Below, in pieces: positions 40,535-51,250 of a stretch of DNA of 64,000 bases. The notes below the pieces were generated by a model. The model was not told where the DNA came from, made no database searches, and saw only the letters and a list, made by a program, of their open reading frames with translations. The position numbers and the translations under genes were made by a program. Positions within the stretch are counted from its first letter, which is position 1. Every line of letters begins with the position of its first letter. This stretch comes from Camelus ferus (lineage: Eukaryota), in assembly GCF_009834535.1 (NCBI RefSeq), contig NC_045697.1, positions 46,006,001-46,070,000 on the forward strand. The letters are read 5' to 3'.

Positions 40535-41635
40535 ACTTTATGGTCAACTAACATTTGACAAAGGACCCAAGAACACTCAATAGAGAAAATACAGTCTCTT
40601 CAATAAGTGGTGCTAGGAAAATTTGATAGTCATATGTAAAATACTGAAACTAGACCCAAATCTTACACCACTCACAAAAATTGACTTGAAATGATTACAG
40701 ACTTAAAGGTAATACCCAAAACCATAAAACTCATAGAAGAAAATAGGAAAAAAGCTCACCGATGGGTCTAGGCAATAATTTTCGGATTTGACACCTAAAG
40801 CATAAGCAAGGAAATAAAAAAATAAATAAATGAGACTACATCAAACTAAAAAGCTTCTTCACAGCAAAAGAAATAATCAACAAAATGAAAAGACCACCTA
40901 TAGAATAGAAATCATACATCTGATAAGGGGTTAACATCCAAAATATATATTAAAAAAACTCAAACACCTCAAGAGCAGAAAAACAAATAATACAATTTTA
41001 AAATGAGCAAAGGTCCTGAACAAATATTTTTGCCCAAGAAGATACTCAAACGGCTAACAGGTACGTGAAAAGGTGCTCAACATCACTAATCATTAAGGAA
41101 ATGCAAATCAAAACCACAATGAGATATTACCACAACCTGTTACAATGGCTATCACCAAAAAGACAAAAGATAACAAATGCTGTATTTTAACTGGCTGTGG
41201 ATGTGGAGAAAAGTGAACTCTTGTGCACTCTTAGTGGGAATGTAAACTGGTGCAGGCACTATGGAAAACAATATGAGATTCCTCAAAAAATTAAAAATAG
41301 AACTACCAAACCTACTCAACTCCCCCCTCAAAAAAAAAAAATAGAACTACCACACACACAATCCAGAAATTCCACTTCTGGGAACATATATCCATAAGAA
41401 ATAAAAACACTTTGTCGAAGTGATCTCTGCACCCCATGTTCACTGCAGCATTATTTACAATAGCCAAGACATGGAAACAACAACCTAAGTGTCCATCAGC
41501 AGATGAATGGATAAAGGAATCTATGTCCATCAACAAGTGAATGGATATATGTAAGTCAACTCATTATGCTCTGTACCTTAAACTCATGCAGTGCTATATG
41601 TCAATTTTATCTCAAGAAAATCAAAAGAAAAAAAT
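40535..41635 (+). mobile_element. L1MA/MB-like ORF2 C-terminus and truncated 3' UTR
   Basis: Motifs gactacatcaaactaaaaagcttcttcacagcaaaag and gaaatgcaaatcaaaaccacaatgagata. Confidence 0.85.
41308..41336 (+). mobile_element. Extremely 5'-truncated vic-1-type SINE tail
   Basis: AAACCTACTCAACTCCCCCCTC plus A-tail resembles the SINE tail at ~45641-45670. 15-bp TSD AAAAATAGAACTACC at 41293-41307 and 41337-41351. Confidence 0.75.
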
Positions 41636-42439
41636 ATTCCGTAAGTCATTAGATAGTGGAGCTGGCTTACAACTACAGCCGGAAAAGGTAAACCAAATGC
41701 ATCTGTTCCTATCAGATTGAAATGCTGATGCTTCCAAAGTTGAGGGGGCCCAGTATGGTAAATTTGCCACCAAGTAGTTGGATGTTTACCTGAAGAAAAG
41801 TGCTATATCAGAGGCACTTTACTTGGTTGCAGACAGTAGAATGCCTGTCATTCAAGTTGGACATTCAGAGGTGGCAGCAGTTATGTCAGCCTTGGCAAGT
41901 GGGAGCCCACCACTCCAGTCAAGAAACAAAGCTTTCTTAGGCATCTCAGGAGCTCCTTCACATGCCCCTTCCTAACCACCAATCTTTGCCTTCCCCGAAA
42001 AGTAGCCACTCTCCTGACCTTCCCAGTAATCACTTCTTTGCATTTCTTTATAGGATTATCAGACAAGTGCTATTCTAGATGCCAGTTTAGTCTTGTCTAC
42101 TTCTTAAAATTTCACGTGTTTTCTAAGTTTCTCTTGATCTACATCTTCTCTCATCCATGTCCTACCTGCACGATTTGATCTACAGTTTCCCATGAAGAAG
42201 CTACAGTGTGATCTATAGTTTCCCATCACCTGGCTTTGCTGATTGCCTTCTCAGGGTTCAGTTCCATGTGTTCCTCTCTCTTCTATATGTTCTGCAATTA
42301 ACAGCAGACTTGATTAACAGAGACTTGATCAGATTGAGGTTTGGGCTTTTTAGAAAGTTTATAAGTGGTGTTTTGTTCTTTCATGCACTAATGTCTGGTT
42401 CTTCCCCCTTTAGTGACATTAGCAGCTGTATTTAACCAA

Positions 42440-43930
42440 TGTTACCAACCCTTACGTTGATATCATATTAGTCATTTTGATTTTCTGAAGCTCATTCTGT
42501 AATACATATCTTAAGAAGGACCCATGATAAAACTGAGTTCTTGCATGTTAATAACAATTTGCGTTTTTTATAACTAGAAGTCAGATTTGCTGGATATAAA
42601 ACTCTTGGCTCACATTTTTTCCCTTTGGTATCTGAAATAAGTGATTCTAATTTGATCTAACATAAAGCATTGTTTTAAAAGTCTGATAATTTCATTTGTG
42701 TAACCTGATATGTCACTTGTTGTTTATGCCTAGATATCCAAGTGGCTTTTTAACTTTTTCTTTAAAGTCCATACAATTTTACTAGATATGCTTTGGTATT
42801 GGTCATACTGGATTTAAATTCTCAGGTACAGAGTGTATTCTTCTAATATGTATTTTCAAATCTTTTTGTTGTTTCTTTCAAGAAAGTTTTCCTGAATTAT
42901 AGTTTTTAGTATTTGTTCTGTTCCCTGCTCTGACTTACTTCATCGGGGACTTCTATTATCCATATGCTGAAACTACTATCTTCAGTAATTATCAGTTTTG
43001 TTTGAACCTCTCTTTATTCCATTATGCTTTGATTTTTTTTAAAAAAAGTTTCATCCTTTATACCTATTATTTCTTTAAGATACTATCTATTGTGTTTATC
43101 CATTCTTGTGTTCCTTCCAGTTCAGTTTTCATTTCTACAGGTTTCATTTTGTTCCTCTTTCCTTCTTGGATTCTGTCACATCTGAATTCTTTCATGTGTG
43201 TATTATCTTCTTAATATCTTTTAGTTTGCATGCAAAAGGAAGGTCACAGTTCTGTAAGGGACTGCAAAGATGCTATTCTGCTCCTCATCCTCTTTTTTCT
43301 TATGACTTTGAAAGAGCTTTGACCTCATTTTTGGTCTTCCTGAACTTTTAAAAGAATCTTACAGAACTTCCCACTTATTTTGTTTCTATAAAGTGTCCAA
43401 AAAATTTGGCACTTGCTTTCTAAAATTTCTTTTTAAATTTGTTTTACTCCCTTGCTTTTACCTGATCCTTCTCTTTCCATTTGTGTCTCTATTGTCCCTA
43501 TCCTGCTCAGTATTGATTCCACTCCTAACAGCATCTCCAGTGCAGAGCACTGCCCAAAAATGAGCTATGGAATTTAGTTTCAAGAGTTCACAGGGGTCCA
43601 TTGCTCCAACTCCTTCAGACCTCACCCAGGAACCTTTATCCTCACCTACTAATGTAGTGGCCAAAACCTCCCAGTTTCAGCTGCTGTTCTCAGATTGGAC
43701 TACTCCACTTCCAGGGAACACCTGTGGACTGCTTTGTAGTTTCTTGTTCTGGGGTCTTCTGGATGTCCCCATTCTTCTCTCTGCTTTCCTCTCACATCGA
43801 AGCTAACACCTTCTGAGTGTTGTGGCTATTGATCGTTTCTCCTCATCTGCTTTTATCTTGGGCTTCATAGGAATAACTCTCATCTGGTTTTGTGCAAATG
43901 TTGTTCATGGGTTTTAGGTATCATAATCTG
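42440..43930 (-). mobile_element. Ancient LINE relic (HAL1/L1M-like)
   Basis: T-rich antisense LINE-like sequence (tttgctggatataaaactcttggctcacattt). Confidence 0.55.
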
Positions 43931-45474
43931 GCTGCTTTTGCTTCTGGATCATCCTATGCTCCTTATTTCCTTCCACTTTTCAGACCCCTCCCTCTCCTTT
44001 GTGAGCACCACTTCCATGCCCATGCCCTAAGTGATGACTGTTCTCCAGCATTCTGTCTTCAGCCCTCTGTTTTATCTCACCCTACATACTCTCCTCAGGA
44101 ATTTTCTCTGCCTCTACTCTTGCCTCTTCCCAGAAGTAGCTGTTGAAGTTAGTATAAACAAAAAATTAAATGGAACATACCTTAAATACCAAGAAAATAA
44201 ATTTGGGGGATTGCCTGAGACACAGCTGAGAAACTGAGGAGGATATCAGGCTCACAGCACTGTAATTTTATCATTATGATAAAGATTCAGAAGTACAGTG
44301 GATGAGGCATTCCTACCTCAGTTTCAGTCCCTGATTATCAGAATTCATCTCCATGAAAAAACCAGATATTTTTACTTAAGGAGAAGTACCTCTGTGAACC
44401 TAATGAAGGAAAAATATAAGATTCCTCTTAAGCAGAGAGCAGCTAATTTATGCCACATATTTTTCTATTGAATAAACAAAGTATAACTGATTCTGAAACA
44501 TGTGAATTAAGATCTTTCATAGGGAACAGTATTTACTCTGTACCTTGATGGAATAAATACTGGAAAAAAAATACAATGGTTGGTGGTTAACTGGCTTACT
44601 GTGTAATTATGGTAAATTATGTTACTGGGTTTTTCTTAGAAACTTACCTAATCAATGTCTGCCAAATAAATTTAAGAAATATCCAAAAGGTTTAATTTGT
44701 GTGATTTACTTATTTCTATTTTCTAAATAATGGAAAGATAATCTCTAAATAAAACTTCCATATTGCCAATCTCTGTAAATAATTTAGCCATGAGTCAGGG
44801 AAATTCTAAAATAATTCAAAAAATACCCCTTGATCCCTTATCTGAGAAAAGCAATTCCATAGTATTCTTATTTCTCCCATGGTCACAGGCAGCCACTGAA
44901 ATGAGGGGGATAGTGTTTATTTAACAAGAAAGAATCTGGAAAAATACAGTGCAAAAATTTGGCCAAAACTTTTTAAGTATTTGTATATTGATTTAGGGGA
45001 TAGGTTAAATTAGATTAGATGATACTACCTCCCAGAACAAATACTGTTATTTGAGTTGGCATAGATAAATCTGATTGTCAATGCTGTTATAAGTTTATTG
45101 TAATGTTTACAGGTACCTAGTAAGACGACCAAAGCACATTGTACATAGAATGAAAAGCCTCTTTCATCCTCCTTTACCACCTTACCCTAGTTGCTGGGGG
45201 AGCTGGTATATACATTGTATGCTTTGACTTTTTATTAACTACAGTGAAACTTGGACTTTTTAACTGAAATTGAATGGCATTTGTCTTAATTCTGCCCAGT
45301 TATAGACCAAATCATACCTTGAAGATGTTCATATGCATCAATGTTACTTATACAAGCCATTTCCATTTAAGTTGCCTTACTCTATCTATTGCATTGTTCT
45401 TGCCAAGTCTAAGCTCTGTCTTGTTGGAATTCTTTTAACACTGAACCTATGATGTAAAAAATGTACAATGTGTT

Positions 45475-45536
45475 GGCTGGTCCAAGTGCAGTGGTGTTTA
45501 TAACTAATTGATCACAGCCAGTTACAGATTTCTTTG
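45475..45536 (+). pseudogene. RNY3: Y3 RNA (RNY3) retrocopy, nt 1-61/62 only
   Basis: GGCTGGTCCAAGTGCAGTGGTGTTTATAACTAATTGATCACAGCCAGTTACAGATTTCTTTG differs at 3 positions from the human Y3 5' sequence as I recall it. Confidence 0.92.
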
Positions 45537-45676
45537 GGGGTGAGGGTATAGCTCAAGTGGTAGAGTGCATGCTTAGCATACACAAGGTCCTAGGTTCAAT
45601 TCCCAGTACCTCCTCTGAAAAAGTAAATAAATAAATAAATAAACCTAATTATCCAACCCCCTCAAAAAAATTTTTT
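45537..45676 (+). mobile_element. Full-length tRNA-Ala-derived camelid SINE (vic-1 type)
   Basis: A box TAGCTCAAGTGG, B box GGTTCAATTCC, (TAAA)n, C-rich segment and A-tail. Confidence 0.9.
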
Positions 45677-46049
45677 AAAGTACAAAGTGTTTTAAATTTT
45701 ATTCATAATAAACTAAGTTATAGCCTATTGTAACCTACAAAACATTTCTTATAAATTGTCTAATTTATTTTTTCATTTATATACAGTTTCTTAAGTAAAT
45801 TTTTTAAATATTTGTTGTGGTCTGTTCTATAAACATTGCCATTCTCTTTCCCTTCAGGCTTATTTGCATGAAAGAAACTTGGGTTTTGCTTGCTTGTATT
45901 ACATGGCCATTAAGCTAAGTTCAGTATTCTCTACCTTCTTTCCTGTAGGTTAACTTTTTCAAGTTTTGTTCATACTCTAAATAAGTGTTAAAAACATGCT
46001 TTTTATTTCCTACTTTATAAATAAATTCTCTAAGTTGTTCTCCATGCTA

Positions 46050-46409
46050 CCTGGGGACAACAATGGACACCCAGAAGGATGTTCAACCCCCAAAGCAGCA
46101 GCGAATGTTATTTGTGGAGAATGTCACATAGAAAATGAAATAAAATGCAGGGATCCAATCCAATGCAGAGAATCTGGATACAAAATAATATACAAGAAAA
46201 GGACTAAAAGATTGGTGGTATTTGATGCTCAATGAAACATGGAATTCAGAGGAATATGTTCATTTGTAATTGGATTTGCTGTTAATGTTGTTGTATAGCT
46301 TTTGATTTGTTTACTATATACACACGATTTCATTTTAAAAAACACTGTATTTAGGTATCTATTAACAGTTTATATAAAGACATTGTTTTCCGTTCAATTA
46401 AAAAAAAAA
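46050..46409 (+). pseudogene. POLR2K: POLR2K (RPABC4/RPB12) processed pseudogene
   Basis: ATG at 46063 gives [15 protein letters not shown], then a frameshift, then [40 protein letters not shown] with stop at 46235. Intronless, with 3' UTR and poly(A) at 46400-46409. Confidence 0.93.
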
Positions 46410-46559
46410 CTTTTCAGCTCATCGAATAGTTAACTGAGGTCATTTTTCATTTTTTTCTCCTACTTCCCTTCATTCTTAAGTATCATATAAAAAGCATTGT
46501 GGTTATTATATTTATACACTACTCATATACTTATTGTGGCTTGAGATGTTAAATAACAA

Positions 46560-47030
46560 CACAGAGGTCAGGGCCATGGCAGGTAAACTCAGGAGAGATG
46601 ATTTAAAAAGAATAAAAGCACAATTTACAAAGATATGAGCAAGATTAATGGAAACCAACATGGGATAGTGAAGCATCCTTGGGCTAGCAACAGTGCTAAA
46701 GTTATTAACACCATTAGACCTAAAAGGAGACAGGAGAGGAAACAGTCCCTAGAACTCCTAGAACAGGAATGCTGTCAGCACCTGGAAAGAGTGCTGCAGC
46801 TGATGGAACAAGAAGTTGGCCAAACATAAGGAATGCAGCCACTTCCAAACCACAGCCCGCAGGAAGACGACAGGGAATAAGTTCTCTAACTCTCTTCAAT
46901 CTCTTCAGTCTCCTTACCAGCTGAAACAAACCCAAAACCAAAAGAGCCTGATTAATGACCACAAGGGATAACTTCCAGGGGCACAGATAAGGGTGGAGAA
47001 GGGTAGAGATTGAGTCTAGCAAAGATAGTA
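46560..47030. mobile_element. Degenerate ERVL LTR (LTR33/LTR50-like)
   Basis: Motifs ggaaaccaacatgggatagtgaagcatccttgggctagcaacag resemble this family. Confidence 0.45.
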
Positions 47031-47231
47031 TGCCCTTTGTATGTGAATCATTGGTAGTAATTTTTTTTAATTAATTGAAAACATTTGGCAGCAGCAGAAT
47101 ATCCTACACAAGAAAAGAGTGCCTAGAAGATAGTAAATATTTGTAAAACTTTTGCTGAATAAATAAAACTTAGACTGGACTGTAAGTACTAATACTAAGA
47201 TGACTTAAGGTCAAGTCTAGAACTGATTCTT

Positions 47232-47519
47232 TTTTTGTTTATTTTTGTTGTTTTTTTTAAATTGAAGTATGGGTGATTTACAGTGTTGTGTTAGTTTCAA
47301 GTGTACAGCACAGTGATTCAGTTATACATATACATACATAAGTACTCTTTTTCAATTATAGGTTATTACAGATATTGACTATAGTTCCCTGTGCTATACC
47401 ATAGAACTTTGTTTTTTTTTATTGCAGTATACTCAGTTTACAAAAGAATATGAAAATGAATATATGTATGTATATGTATGACTGAACTATTATGCTGTAC
47501 ATCAGAAGTTGACACAACA
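47232..47519 (-). mobile_element. Composite of two L1 3' ends, the second with an inversion
   Basis: Perfect 14-bp TSD TAGAACTGATTCTT at 47218-47231 and 47520-47533. Confidence 0.85.
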
Positions 47520-49986
47520 TAGAACTGATTCTTAAATTCCTAGATATTAAGGTAATATCTACTACAGTAGGCTCTTGGTGAAGGTTTACTAATTCGACAG
47601 TTGAATGAACACATAGATACGTGGATGGACAGATGGGTGCATAGATGATTCATGAAATTTTACATACATTAAGATCCTTCAGTATAGTCTTGCCTAGCCC
47701 CTTCATTTTGCAGATGAAGTAATGAAGTTTCAAACTGATTTAAAACACAATAATACAGAATTCGAATCCTAATCTCATGACTCTAGGCTCTTCCAACTAC
47801 AGTATGCTCTCTCTCACTTGCCATTCAAAATTTGCTCCATCCAAACCAAGTACAGATGACCAAAATGAAAAAGAAAAGAAAAAAGAAAAAGAAAAGAGCA
47901 TCACCTCACAACGCATGATCCATGACACATGCTTGCCAGACTAGCCAGAATACTGAAACAACTCTGAGGAGTTCACTTGTCTCTGTGTGCCCTAAGTGGG
48001 CAAGTAAGTTGTATCCTCAGAAAGTATTGGAGAATACAGGTTCCCAGAGCTAATGACATTTAGAATTTTTCATTGCTCAGTCCAAAAATCTGTAGCTTAA
48101 TATTATTATTAACCTAAATATTCATCTTATTTTTTATGAAAGTACAATAATAATAATTTTAACCAGTGCCAAATTTAACAGTAAATTTCTTTACATTTCC
48201 CCCAAATGCAGTCACCATTTTCCATTTTGGAGACCTTTAAAATTCTAATTGATGAAACACAATATTAATTTCTGACTCCTAATCAATGTTAATGATTTTA
48301 ATTGCTTACTCACATGAAAAACTTTGCCTTAAAAAAATTGAAATCCTTCTTAATGATACTAAGCTTAAGCTTGGCAATTTTCCACATGTGTTACAAAGAT
48401 AATGATATCCTATTGGGATATTTATCGTCTATACTTTATTTCTGTTTAGATATTCAAAAATTTAGATGCAAACAGTGTTTGGCACCATGATTTTTTCCCC
48501 TTCATTTCAGTGACTACGATGCAAGGCATAAAATTCAGCCTTCATGATTTTAAACATATTATCTGTATAAAATATTTAAAAGCTTGTTTTTGAAGTCAGA
48601 ATATATCTTGGAAATATCACTTGGATTTTTAAACACTTAATTCCAGAAAGATAAAATTATCTGTCCAAGGTCACACAACTTATTTGTGGCAGAGATAGGA
48701 CTAAAATTAGATGTTTCTATTTCCTTAAAATTCTGTTCCTATCCAGCATATGAATGTGTTTTAGAGGATAAGCACTTTTCAGACCTTGGAATCCACACTG
48801 AAATAAAATCCCACTTAACAGGATCACTGGAGTCCAAAAATTACTATCCACTAAAATGTAGAATTACATCGTTGCAGATAAGGAGTTTGAGGATTTGGCT
48901 GCAGCATAGAAATCCTTCTCACACTCAGGTGTGGTGTGGCACCACAGAGCGGCGCCGGTCCTCTCTGGCCTAAGCAGAGAGGGGACAGCTTGGGGTTCTC
49001 TGGCATGGCTCCAGGACAGCATAATTTCCAAGTCAGTGCCCATTTAGTGGGCCTGGTTTGGCTATGTACCAGGGCTACAGAGACCCGCCGTCCACCTCCT
49101 GCTTCCCAGGACCGGTAGCCTGTTATTTTCCCGCTCGTCCTGGTCCTCCTGGAAGAGGACAAGAACGCTATTCTGTCGGCCCCCTACCCCCACCCCCAGC
49201 CACCCCCACAGCACGTATACACCTTCAAGAAGCAGGTCGGGGGGGGGGGGGCGGGGTCCTGAGAGGAAGATAGAAGCAATTCCAATTACGTCCGATTTTG
49301 CTATGTTGCAGGCTTTTTTTTTTTTTTTTAACTCTCAACATTAGTTGTGATCCTTCACCCCGATAAACTGGAGTCAGGAATTGCCTGCAGGACGACCTGT
49401 AGCGCGTACCCGTAATTAGAGGGCTTTCTGAATCAACCAGCGTGAGGTGGAAATTCGTGGAACCAAATGCCCAGCACGACACGAGGCAATCTGAAAGAAT
49501 ACTGGCTTCTATTCTTTCATACAAACTGGCAAAGGAAAGAGAAGCAGGGTTTCCTACCTGAATTCCAGCCCGCCGGAAGGGTCTCGGCGGGCCTCGGAAT
49601 CCGGCCACCCTCCTCAGCGGAGAGGGACTTCGGAAGGGGAGCGGGCCGGGGGGCGGCGAGGGGGGTCGGCGAGGGAGGCCGGCGAGGGAGGCCGACTGTG
49701 CAGGAACGCCAGGCCCCGCGGCGGGTCTGCGTGCGCGCGTGCGCACGGCCGTGGGTCTGCGCCGGGTGATGGACACCTGGGGCCCGAATTCCGCACCGAC
49801 TGAGGCAGCGCGGGGCGGGAAGACCCGCCGATTCTCCGCCGCTGAGCTCTGGCGCCGCCGTCGGTATTTCGGGGTCGGCTGTCCCCGCGGTCCACCGCCA
49901 GGGGGCGATCACCCCACGACGCTGGGCCTCGGGAGAGCCTGAGGGACGCGAAGGAGGTGGCCGCCCCGTGGGTCTGCCGCTCTTAC

Positions 49987-50097
49987 CTCCAGGTAGTACA
50001 GGTCCACCGTAGTGATCTGCGAGTCCAGGAAATCTTCATAGGTGCTGAACTGAGTGACTATGTTGTCCAACGTGGTCGACCCCTCTTCCTGATCCAT
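49987..50097 (-). CDS. CFAP299: CFAP299 coding exon 1 (111 bp)
   Basis: Kozak GCCATGG. Translates MDQEEGSTTLDNIVTQFSTYEDFLDSQITTVDLYYLE, matching the recalled C4orf22 N-terminus. Donor GAG|GTAAGA at 49986. Confidence 0.96.
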
Positions 50098-50101
50098 GGC
50101 A

Positions 50102-50224
50102 GTTACCTGGGCCGAAGCGTCCCTAGCGACAGAGGCACCGGCCCGGGTCAGAAGGTTCCACCCACTCCGTCCCTTCCAATCAGTTGGGAACCGGTGCGCA
50201 GCTTTGGACGTTAACCCCGCCCCC
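50102..50224. promoter_or_regulatory. Proximal promoter motifs: RFX X-box-like sites, CCAAT box, GC box
   Basis: GTTACCTGG at 50102-50110, GTCCCTAGCGAC at 50119-50130, CCAATCAG at 50176, CCCCGCCCCC at 50215-50224. Confidence 0.55.
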
Positions 50225-51125
50225 GTGTCTTGTTACTGCTCAGGCTTCCGCCTTATTCCTAAGAACGCCGTCTCAAATTACCCACTGCAAGTCAGGTCTC
50301 ACACCGTCACCTCACTCGGACTTCGGCGAAATGTGGAGCCACAGGAGAGATGCCAATTCCAATCCAAAATTAAGAAGTATGAGACTCCCAGGATATGTAG
50401 ACAAAATATTATAGATCAGCTCTTCTAATCTCATTCTAAAACCATGCTATGAGGGACAAAAATATCAAGGTTAGTTCTCAGGTACCTGGAAGTTCATTAT
50501 TGCAAGGAGAGTATTGCAAGGAGATTATCTCAAAACAGAAGTCTCCGGAAATGATCTTGTGACCAAAACCAATAATAAAATACATTAATGATTTTGTTAA
50601 ATTATTTTTAAAATTATTGCTAATGTTTGGAGAGGAACAATTTATGAACTTCTCAAAGGAAAGAAACAATGAAAATATCTTTGAAGACTTCTTTTGGTCC
50701 CAAGTGAGTTTTTCTTTTTACTTTTTAAGTTTCAGTAAACACATAAAGAAGGATCTTGGCTTGTTGAAGTTGCCTTTGTTAAAGGGTAAATTAGAAATTA
50801 AAAGGTTTTTACTAAAGACTTTTCCTATAGAACAAAGTTGTGCATTTTTAAAAATATGGGTTTAAAGTAATCCAACTTGGAAACCAGCAAACTTTTCAGA
50901 AACCATTTTTGGATTTTAATGTTCTACAAATCATCCTTGGGAATCAACACACAGTGCAGCCCTCGGGCCTGTGGTAGCTGCTCTTTAAGTGCTTAATGAA
51001 GTGATTTTGAAGATTTTCATAGAAGTGCAAAAAAAAAAAAAATTTAATGAAAACTTCTGGTAAGATACTTCATTTTAAGTTAGCTTTCTTAACTTTAAAA
51101 GATTATCTCAAAAATTGAGATGTCA

Positions 51126-51250
51126 GCTGGAGGATATAGTTCAAATGGTAGAGTGCATGCCTAGCATGCACAAGGTCCTGGGTTGAATCCCCAGTATCTC
51201 CTCTAAAAATATTAAATAGATAAATGAACCCAATTACCCCCCCCACAAAA
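51126..51250 (+). mobile_element. tRNA-derived camelid SINE (vic-1 type)
   Basis: Same structure as the 45537 copy. Degenerate TSD AAAATTGAGATGTCA / AAAATTGGAATGCCA. Confidence 0.88.

Larger units (their letters stand above)
49050..50330. promoter_or_regulatory. CFAP299: CpG island over the CFAP299 promoter, exon 1 and start of intron 1
   Basis: Abrupt rise in GC and CpG content (core 49570-50230) against an AT-rich background. Confidence 0.9.

Noticed and set aside
45475..45536. Functional RNY3 gene
   Set aside because: It lacks the 3' stem half and terminator, has no evident upstream Pol III promoter, and lies within a TSD.
45537..45612. tRNA-Ala-like sequence (also at ~51126)
   Set aside because: It carries a SINE tail, poly(A) and a TSD, so it is a tRNA-derived SINE, not a tRNA gene.
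49909..49986. C-terminal extension VRAADPRGG... of the 62-aa ORF
   Set aside because: It is read-through past the GTAAGA donor into intron 1. The real frame continues in exon 2.
49225..50428. Several long GC-rich ORFs (183, 131, 110 and 100 aa) around the promoter
   Set aside because: They are Pro/Arg/Gly-rich frames expected from stop-codon scarcity in a CpG island, with no recognisable domains.
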